A stretch of DNA of 12,525 bases from NCBI GenBank assembly GCA_043810925.1, contig JBDRNT010000109.1:1-12525 (forward strand). Direction: 5' to 3'. The notes beneath the pieces are model-generated. The model was not told the DNA's origin. It ran no database searches and was given only the letters and a program-made list of their open reading frames with translations. Shown piece by piece: positions 1-6,152 of this stretch. The translations under genes and the position numbers were made by a program. Position 1 is the first letter of the stretch, and each line of letters opens with the position of its first letter. The stretch comes from Candidatus Eiseniibacteriota bacterium. GTDB taxonomy: Bacteria > Arandabacterota > Arandabacteria > Arandabacterales > Arandabacteraceae.

Positions 1-1
1 G

Positions 2-106
2 TCCTACTTCGACAAGATTGGGCTCGTGTCACTGCTGGACACGATTCTCTCTATCCGCAATACATCACGAACCGCCGTATACGGAACCGTACGTACGGTG
101 GTGTGA
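2..106 (+). CDS. ltrA: C-terminal fragment of a group II intron reverse transcriptase/maturase (5' partial)
   Basis: Frame +2 reads SYFDKIGLVSLLDTILSIRNTSRTAVYGTVRTVV*, with TGA at 104-106. YFxxxGLxSL is the typical end of class C intron-encoded proteins that lack an endonuclease domain, and it lies directly before domain V. Confidence 0.85.
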   Translation, partial: SYFDKIGLVSLLDTILSIRNTSRTAVYGTVRTVV

Positions 107-141
107 GAGGACGGAGGGCGTGAGCCCTCCTCCTACTCGAT
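71..141 (+). ncRNA. Group II intron ribozyme domains V and VI
   Basis: DV spans 71-102. DVI spans 105-138: GAGAGGA pairs with TCCT(A)CTC, leaving bulged A135 as the 7th nucleotide from the 3' end. The distal stem GGAGGGC/GCCCTCC is closed by a GTGA (GNRA) tetraloop. Confidence 0.93.
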
Positions 142-269
142 TCGTCTCTATTGCGCCCCGGAAAACCTCACTTGCCTGATGAGTGTCCACAGTCCCGTGG
201 CTCCCACGTCAACAATCCCCGCAACTCGGCGTCTGAATAGATGGCAAAGCCAGAGGAAGGGGGTTCGAG

Positions 270-803
270 ATGGGAAAGAGAGGCATTATCCTCACGGTCA
301 TAGTATTGATCGCAGTCCTCAATGCTGCGGTCCCTTCGGCGGTCTGCAAAGAGTACGTAGTGATGATCAGCCGGAACATAAACATTCGCACCGGGCCCGG
401 GACCGACAGGTTCATCGTAGGGCGAGCCTGGAAAGGTGACATATTCGAGCTGGTGGGGGAGATCGAGAGCTGGTATGAAATCGTTATGTTCTCCGGTGAC
501 TACCGGTATGTGAGTAAGACATGGTCTGCGAAACTCACCGAGTCGGACATTTCACCCGGTCACCGTATGAGGTTGCCGGCATCCGATGATTCGCTGCGGG
601 CGATGCGCCGGGACATACTCCATGCCAAGGAACGCGCGGCAAGGGAGGCGGATGAGATAATACCGGCTTCGGTTGACTACGAACGCAACCTGGTATTCCG
701 GAGAATGCTCGAAGACCGGCATATCCTGGAAGTGATGGGAATGTACTCGGTGCAACCCGCGTTATACCAGGATATGGTGAAGGCCGTGGCGCGGAAGGAT
801 TGA
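270..803 (+). CDS. Secreted bacterial SH3 (SH3b/SH3_3-like) domain protein with an uncharacterised helical C-terminal region
   Basis: 177 aa. Signal peptide MGKRGIILTVIVLIAVLNAAVPSA. SH3b signature NINIRTGPGT...IVG...KGDIFELVGE..SWYEI.......YVSK. Purine-rich RBS (GAGGAAGGGGG) upstream. Confidence 0.82.
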   Translation: MGKRGIILTVIVLIAVLNAAVPSAVCKEYVVMISRNINIRTGPGTDRFIVGRAWKGDIFELVGEIESWYEIVMFSGDYRYVSKTWSAKLTESDISPGHRMRLPASDDSLRAMRRDILHAKERAAREADEIIPASVDYERNLVFRRMLEDRHILEVMGMYSVQPALYQDMVKAVARKD

Positions 804-839
804 GGTTGTCCAGGCCTTGAGTCCGGCGATTTTGTGGGA

Positions 840-2036
840 TCACCGCGTGGGGTCGGCCACGCGGCCCATGAAGAGGATGCTCCCGGAATCGTTGTCACGG
901 ATAACGAACATGAACGGTCGATCCATCCGGACAACCGGGTACTTTTTCTTGACCTCAACGGCTGTTCCAGCGGCGGCCTCTGAGCCCTTTTCATTGACCT
1001 CCAGCGACGCATCGTGGATGACGGCGCCGATAAATAACTCTCTCCCACCGGTCATCCCCGAGAAGTCGGCCAGCCCCGGGTAGAAAGCGTCCGTCATCCC
1101 CATTGCCATGAGTACTTCATCCAGCTGAAAGTCGCTCCGGATCGTGAATCCTGGAAGCTCCGCGATTACCGTGCGCGCACGCATCAAACCCAGCCACCTT
1201 TCAAAGACCATCGGAGTCAGCGATCGCTCCAGCTCCGCCAGTCCATCACGCTCTTTTGGGAGCAACACGATCATCGAGAATGAGCTATCAGCATATGGTA
1301 ACTCGAGGGCCTTCAATGACTCCATCTCATTGTAGTTGTATTCACCCCGGCGACGCATCATCTGGACAGTGACGGACGAGTCAGGTTCTACCCAGAAATC
1401 CCTGGGTTCTGTCTTGTCCTTGTCGAACTCGATGGCCCAGTCTCCCCTGAAGTGAATGATATTGGTGAGTGCGAGCTTTGTTGACGGGCTCAAGCTCCCC
1501 TGCTTGAGGAGGTCATTGATCCTGTTCCTGGTTTCTTTCGCCACCCAGGTATTGATGGTCTTCCGTGCATTTTCGGTATCGTTGAGGAAATCCACTTGCT
1601 CCAGTCCGGCCCCATAGTGCTCCTTGTTGAGATCGACGAACTCATCAAGAAACTCCTTGCCCTTCTGTCCCCAGAGCGCATTTGCCACGCTGAGGTCGCT
1701 TTCGCCCGCTTTCGCCCTCGCTTCAAGCGCGCTCGTGATCGCGGCGAATGCCGTGTGAAGACTCTCATCCTCAGGTGTGAAATTGAGAACATCTGCCATC
1801 TGGGTTGCGGTGCTGCCCCTTGCCCCGGCGTATGTCAGGGCGAGGACTGACGAGATGCTGTACGGAGACACGAACAAGTTGCCGGACTGTGTCCGGAGTT
1901 CGCCATAGAGGTCAAGCGCGAACTTGGTGTTGCCCTTGGCGAGCATCCGCGTGTCAGGCTCACTCGCGGACAGACCTGCGATCAGCAAGACCAGTACGAC
2001 TGCGAACAGACTAACGGGCCTTAAGCATCTTCTCAT
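840..2036 (-). CDS. Serpin family serine protease inhibitor, secreted
   Basis: 398 aa with a signal peptide. Serpin motifs FALDLY..L, NLFVSPYSI, GARGST, IN.WV..ET..RI..LL, N.I.FRGDW...F, hinge EVNEKGSEAAAGT and C-terminal DRPFMFVIRD..SGSILFMGRVADP. RBS AGGAGG at 2043-2048 on the minus strand. Confidence 0.97.
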   Translation of the reverse strand: MRRCLRPVSLFAVVLVLLIAGLSASEPDTRMLAKGNTKFALDLYGELRTQSGNLFVSPYSISSVLALTYAGARGSTATQMADVLNFTPEDESLHTAFAAITSALEARAKAGESDLSVANALWGQKGKEFLDEFVDLNKEHYGAGLEQVDFLNDTENARKTINTWVAKETRNRINDLLKQGSLSPSTKLALTNIIHFRGDWAIEFDKDKTEPRDFWVEPDSSVTVQMMRRRGEYNYNEMESLKALELPYADSSFSMIVLLPKERDGLAELERSLTPMVFERWLGLMRARTVIAELPGFTIRSDFQLDEVLMAMGMTDAFYPGLADFSGMTGGRELFIGAVIHDASLEVNEKGSEAAAGTAVEVKKKYPVVRMDRPFMFVIRDNDSGSILFMGRVADPTR

Positions 2037-2196
2037 TTGATTCCTCCTGCCATGGATTCCTGTCCTCTTGTACGTATAGTCTTACAGCTTCGTTCCGGGC
2101 TTTACAATTCTTTTACGTGCGGCGCTTTCCCGTAGGCGAACATCTAAATATATACTATATTAAAGGGTCCGGGCCCGTTGCGGGCTCGGAGGCATC

Positions 2197-2205
2197 AGGA
2201 GAGGT
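2197..2205 (+). promoter_or_regulatory. Ribosome-binding site ahead of the proposed ATA start at 2209
   Basis: AGGAGAGGT. The AGGAG core ends 7 nt before an in-frame ATA that opens a signal-peptide-like sequence. Confidence 0.65.
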
Positions 2206-2208
2206 CCG

Positions 2209-3963
2209 ATAGATAGTACACGACTTGCATGTATCGCAGCGCTTGGGATAACCCTGGTCTTACTCCTTGCCGGCACCGGAGCGGCTGTTCCCATCGGGGA
2301 CACGCTGACCGTAATACAACGTCCCCTGCTCAATATCCCCACGATCCTCAGGGAGGGTGACACACTCCACATCCAATGCGATGCCGACCCCGCCACGTCC
2401 GGATGGGCTGCAACGCTGGTTCATGACCTTGTGGAAGTGCCCCTGGAAAACTGTGGCTCGGTTTATGATCCAACTACGCTCTGGTGGACTGTCTCGGTAT
2501 GCGTACCGGAAGTTCCGCTTTACGAGCTATATGATCTCGTGCTTTCTGCGGCCGGTGTTGTGGAAGACGCCACACGGCATGCGGTCCGTGTAATCCCCGA
2601 GTTCAAGCAGGATTACTACTTCGTCCAAATAACCGATACTCACCTGCCGACCCACCGGTTTTACTACGAGAGTGGGGCCGATACAGATACTTCGGAAGTG
2701 CTCGATCTGCGTGCGGTAATAAACGACATCAACCTCATCAACCCGGAGTTCGTGCTTATTACCGGTGACTTCATCAACGAAGGCGAACTCGAAGACTATC
2801 AATCGAGACGTTACTACACCCGGTCCCAGCGGCTCTTGACCGAGTTCGAGGTACCCGTGTTTTTGATCGCGGGCAACCACGACATAGGCGGCTGGCGGAG
2901 CACGCCTCCCCCGGCTGGCACGGCCCGGCGCGACTGGTGGCGGTTCTTCGGTTGGAAGCGGCTCGACGTTCCCCCGGCCGGAGCTCCATGGCACACCCAG
3001 AACTACAGCTTCGACTATGGGCCCGTTCATTTTATCGGGCTCGAAGCCTATGACAACTATGACAGTTGGCGTTACGGCATCTACGGTGCAGACAGTTTCA
3101 CATCAGGCCAGATGCAATGGCTCAACGAGGATCTCGCAGCTTCGGCTTCAAGCGTAGCCAGGGTGCTGTTTTATCACTACGATTTCTCGCACGAAATCAA
3201 CCTGAACAGTCTGGGCGTCGAGATGGCGCTCTGGGGTCACATCCACAGCGATGATGGCAGTATTGCAGGCCCGCCGCACAATCTGGCTACCGATAACGTC
3301 TGTGACGGTGCACGGTCGTACCGTGTGGTTCGAGTATCCGATGGTGTTCTCACTCCTCTCGCGACCATCTCAGCAGGGTCATCGGGCCAGAAGATTATCG
3401 TCGAATATGACCCGGCAAATGATGGGACCAACGATACCGTGACAGCCCGGATCACCAACTATCAGAGTGTGCGTTTCGAGCACTCCCAGCTCCGGTTCCT
3501 TATGCCCAATCGCTGTGATGATCCTGAGGTGGAAGTAACGGGAGGGACACTGCTTCAGATCGATGACTCCGGCCCCATCGTGAAGGTCTACGTAGGTGTC
3601 GACATTGATCCCTTTACGACAAATCAGATCGTAAGCGTCACACTGGATTCAACCTGTACAGGCGGAGGAGACCCGAGCACTCCCGAGGTGGTGTGGCTTG
3701 GACGGAGCTCGCCCAATCCCTTCACACCGGCGACGTTGCTCAGGTTCGGTCTGAACAAGCCTGGAACCGTGCGTCTTGAAGTCTTCGATATCAAAGGCCG
3801 AAGAGTAAGCCAACTCGTGGATGATCATCTGCCGGCCGGAGAGCACCGGGCACGTTGGACGGGCCTTGATGATCAGGCCAGACCGGCGGCGCCGGGAGTC
3901 TACTTCGCAAGGCTTACCACCGCCGGCACGGTCCTGACCCGGAAGATCATACTCGTTCGCTAG
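2209..3963 (+). CDS. Secreted calcineurin-like metallophosphoesterase with C-terminal FlgD-Ig / T9SS-type sorting-like domain (start revised upstream from 2431)
   Basis: Metal-binding motifs QITDTH, ITGDFINEG, AGNHD, FYHY and WGHIH. C-terminus SPNPFTPAT.LRFGL..PG.VRLEVFDIKGRRV..LVD..LPAGEH...WTG.D......PGVYFARL. Frame +1 has no stop from 2164, and ATA 2209 gives (M)DSTRLACIAALGITLVLLLAGTGAA, 584 aa in total. The family call is firm; the start is inferred. Confidence 0.88.
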   Translation: MDSTRLACIAALGITLVLLLAGTGAAVPIGDTLTVIQRPLLNIPTILREGDTLHIQCDADPATSGWAATLVHDLVEVPLENCGSVYDPTTLWWTVSVCVPEVPLYELYDLVLSAAGVVEDATRHAVRVIPEFKQDYYFVQITDTHLPTHRFYYESGADTDTSEVLDLRAVINDINLINPEFVLITGDFINEGELEDYQSRRYYTRSQRLLTEFEVPVFLIAGNHDIGGWRSTPPPAGTARRDWWRFFGWKRLDVPPAGAPWHTQNYSFDYGPVHFIGLEAYDNYDSWRYGIYGADSFTSGQMQWLNEDLAASASSVARVLFYHYDFSHEINLNSLGVEMALWGHIHSDDGSIAGPPHNLATDNVCDGARSYRVVRVSDGVLTPLATISAGSSGQKIIVEYDPANDGTNDTVTARITNYQSVRFEHSQLRFLMPNRCDDPEVEVTGGTLLQIDDSGPIVKVYVGVDIDPFTTNQIVSVTLDSTCTGGGDPSTPEVVWLGRSSPNPFTPATLLRFGLNKPGTVRLEVFDIKGRRVSQLVDDHLPAGEHRARWTGLDDQARPAAPGVYFARLTTAGTVLTRKIILVR

Positions 3964-3986
3964 CATCGGGTCTCTGTGCCCGACGA
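3961..3986 (+). repeat. Degenerate REP-like palindromic repeat, solitary copy
   Basis: TAGCATCGGGTCTCTGTGCCCGACGA matches the copy at 6069-6094 at 21/26 positions and keeps the TCGGG/CCCGA stem with an 8-nt loop. Confidence 0.7.
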
Positions 3987-4001
3987 GGCGCAGATCGGCC
4001 C

Positions 4002-4030
4002 TTGACAAAACCCGGATTTCTCTTGATACT
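4002..4030 (+). promoter_or_regulatory. Sigma70-type promoter for the ankyrin-MBL gene
   Basis: TTGACA (4002-4007), a 17-nt spacer, then GATACT (4025-4030). A full RBS TAAGGAGGT at 4099-4107 precedes ATG 4117. Confidence 0.72.
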
Positions 4031-4116
4031 ACTTGTATAGAAGTACCCCTTAAGCTTAATGCCAATCCCCTCAGCGAGGTCATATTACAACCATCCCCTA
4101 AGGAGGTCGGAACGCG

Positions 4117-6048
4117 ATGCGCAATCCATTGGTATTGATCGTTGCAGGAATGATCCTGCTGAGCCTGGTCCTATATGCATCAGCAGGCGAGATCCATCAG
4201 GCAATCGTCGGTGGCGACGTGGAGCAGGTTGGGAAGCTGCTTAAGGCGAATCCCGAACTTGCGAATCAGCCTGACGAGACCGACCAGTATAACAGCCTGC
4301 CGCTCCATATAGCTGCCAGGGAGGGGCAGGTAGAGGCAGCACGCCTTCTCCTCAAGGCGGGGGCCGCGCTCGAGTGCGGTGACAGCGATGAGACCACACC
4401 GCTTGGTGTGGCCGCCATCTATCGCCGGAGGGAGATGGTGTCATTCCTGCTTTCTCAAGGTGCCGACGTCAACAGACGTGACAAGAACGGTGCCTATGCG
4501 CTCAGCTTTGCGGCCTCGGCGGGGGACACCGTGACTGTGGATGAGATTCTTGATGCCGGTGCCGATCTCAACTTCTGGAACCGACAAGGTGTAACGCTGC
4601 TCCATTATGCAAGTTCACGGGGCCTCGACCGTTTGTTCAATCTCCTTGTCGAGCGCGGCGACGACGTCAACGCCGTTACCGAAGACGGAATGACGCCACT
4701 ACACTGGGCAGCCCTCCGTGGCAACGCAGTTACGACGGAGGCACTGCTTGCCCGTGGGGCTGACCCATCAGCACGGAGTGAACAAGGCGAAACGCCGCTG
4801 ATAAATGCCGCCTTTGGAGGCAATGTGGAGGCGGGAAGAGTCCTGCTTTCACATGGAGCAGATGTCAACGAGGTGAGTAATCAAGGGCACACGCCGCTCC
4901 TCGGGGCAGCGTGGCAGGGCCACGCGGAGTTTGCGAAGCTCGCTATCGAGCATGGAGCGGACGTAGACTACCAGCCTGAAGATGGGGACAATGTGCTGAT
5001 GAGGGCAATCACGGGCGGCGACTCTGAGGTTGTCGGGGCGCTCTGTGGGGCCGGAGTGAACACAAATGTATGCGATAGTCACTATGGATGCTCCGCGCTG
5101 CATATGGCGACCATCCAGGGGGACGCAGCCACAGTCGAGCACCTGCTGAAAGGTGGCGCATCGGTTAAGAGCAAAGACGATGCGGGCAACACGCCGTTGG
5201 AGATGGCTGCGCGGTATGGTCACAATGATGTGGCTGAGCTCCTGATTGCACACGGTGCCGACCGCGCAAGCATGGAACCGACGAGCGGCACCCTGCCGGC
5301 ACAGGGTGAGTTGGCCGAGGGAGAAGCCGTTATTTGGTACCTGGGCCACAGTGGGTGGGCTCTCAAGACCAGGAACCATTTTCTTGTGTTCGACTACTTT
5401 GACCAGGGCAACGAACCGTCACAACCGGCACTCTGTAACGGGAACATCAACCCGGTCGAGCTTGCCGGCGAGACCGTTACCGTTTTCGCCAGCCATGAAC
5501 ATGGTGATCACTACGATCCGATGATCTTCGACTGGCGTGAGACGCTTCCCAACGTGACGTATGTGCTCGGCTGCGAACCGGAAGATACGCCTGCTCCCTA
5601 CGAGTACGCTGCTCCGCGTACGAGCCGCACCATAAACGGCATGAAGGTCTCAACGATCGAATCCAACGATACCGGGGTGGGCTTCATCGTCGAGGTCGAC
5701 GGACTTGTGATCTTCCACGCCGGGGACCATGCCAACCGCCAGCGCGATTTCTCGGGTCCGTACCAGGCGGAGATCGACCATCTTGCGGCCGGAGGCATGA
5801 AGCCGGATATCGCGTTCATGCCTGTAAGCGGTTGTGGGTTCGGTGATCAGGAAGCCGTGAAATTGGGCGTTCACTACGCGCTTGGAACATTGAAGCCGAG
5901 TGTCTTCATACCCATGCACGGTGGCCGGAACTCGTACCGGTATCACGAATTCATAGGTGACTGCATGGACAAGTTCACTAACGTGCAGATGGAGGCGCCC
6001 CGGAACAGGGGAGACCACTTCCGTTACCGTGACGGCCGCATGAGCTGA
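4117..6048 (+). CDS. Secreted ankyrin-repeat protein fused to a C-terminal metallo-beta-lactamase-fold hydrolase
   Basis: 643 aa. Signal peptide ending ASA. About 11 ankyrin repeats of roughly 33 aa (e.g. TPLHWAALRGNAVTTEALLARGADPSARSEQGE). MBL-fold motifs YLGHSGW, LVFDY, SHEHGDHY (HxHxDH), IFHAGD and FIPMHG. Confidence 0.93.
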   Translation: MRNPLVLIVAGMILLSLVLYASAGEIHQAIVGGDVEQVGKLLKANPELANQPDETDQYNSLPLHIAAREGQVEAARLLLKAGAALECGDSDETTPLGVAAIYRRREMVSFLLSQGADVNRRDKNGAYALSFAASAGDTVTVDEILDAGADLNFWNRQGVTLLHYASSRGLDRLFNLLVERGDDVNAVTEDGMTPLHWAALRGNAVTTEALLARGADPSARSEQGETPLINAAFGGNVEAGRVLLSHGADVNEVSNQGHTPLLGAAWQGHAEFAKLAIEHGADVDYQPEDGDNVLMRAITGGDSEVVGALCGAGVNTNVCDSHYGCSALHMATIQGDAATVEHLLKGGASVKSKDDAGNTPLEMAARYGHNDVAELLIAHGADRASMEPTSGTLPAQGELAEGEAVIWYLGHSGWALKTRNHFLVFDYFDQGNEPSQPALCNGNINPVELAGETVTVFASHEHGDHYDPMIFDWRETLPNVTYVLGCEPEDTPAPYEYAAPRTSRTINGMKVSTIESNDTGVGFIVEVDGLVIFHAGDHANRQRDFSGPYQAEIDHLAAGGMKPDIAFMPVSGCGFGDQEAVKLGVHYALGTLKPSVFIPMHGGRNSYRYHEFIGDCMDKFTNVQMEAPRNRGDHFRYRDGRMS

Positions 6049-6066
6049 CCCTGGTGGAATCGAAAC

Positions 6067-6152
6067 CGTAGGGTCGGGTTTCCGCGCCCGACGAATCGGG
6101 TCCCCATGCCCGACGGCCAAATGGTCGGCCGGCGCGGAACCCCGACGCTACG
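6067..6152. repeat. GTAG-type REP cluster (REPIN-like inverted pair plus an internal partial copy) between convergent genes
   Basis: CGTAGGGTCGGGTTTCCGCGCCCGACGA (6067-6094, +). Inverted copy CGTAGCGTCGGGGTTCCGCGCCGGCCGA (6152-6125, -), 22/26 identical over the TAG...CGA core. Internal partial copy ATCGGGTCCCCATGCCCGACGG (6095-6116). Confidence 0.82.

Larger units (their letters stand above)
1..141 (+). mobile_element. 3' end of a class C (IIC) group II intron, truncated by the window start
   Basis: Domain V ACCGCCGTATACGGAACCGTACGTACGGTGGT (71-102) folds into a 32-nt hairpin with a CGC triad (73-75), a 2-nt bulge and a GAAC loop. Domain VI follows, and the intron ends in ...CTCGAT (141). 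The upstream frame encodes a maturase-like tail, YFDKIGLVSL. Confidence 0.95.

Noticed and set aside
142..269. Possible integron attC site or cassette array at the intron insertion point
   Set aside because: I see no RYYYAAC...GTTRRRY pairing or repeated cassette boundaries, and the downstream genes alternate in orientation.
804..839. Expected terminator between the convergent SH3b and serpin genes
   Set aside because: No convincing GC stem followed by a U-tract on either strand.
179..843. Short ORFs 179-439 (+), 209-442 (-), 535-843 (-) and 552-755 (-)
   Set aside because: They overlap the SH3b gene, which has a signal peptide, an RBS and a recognisable domain. Their translations show no motifs.
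2431..2433. ORF-track GTG start of the metallophosphoesterase
   Set aside because: It has no SD and no signal peptide. The frame is open upstream to an SD plus ATA with a clear signal peptide.
5320..6045. Calling the MBL-fold domain an antibiotic-resistance beta-lactamase
   Set aside because: HxHxDH is shared by the whole superfamily. The surrounding motifs (LGHSG, HAGD, PMH) fit non-lactamase hydrolases.
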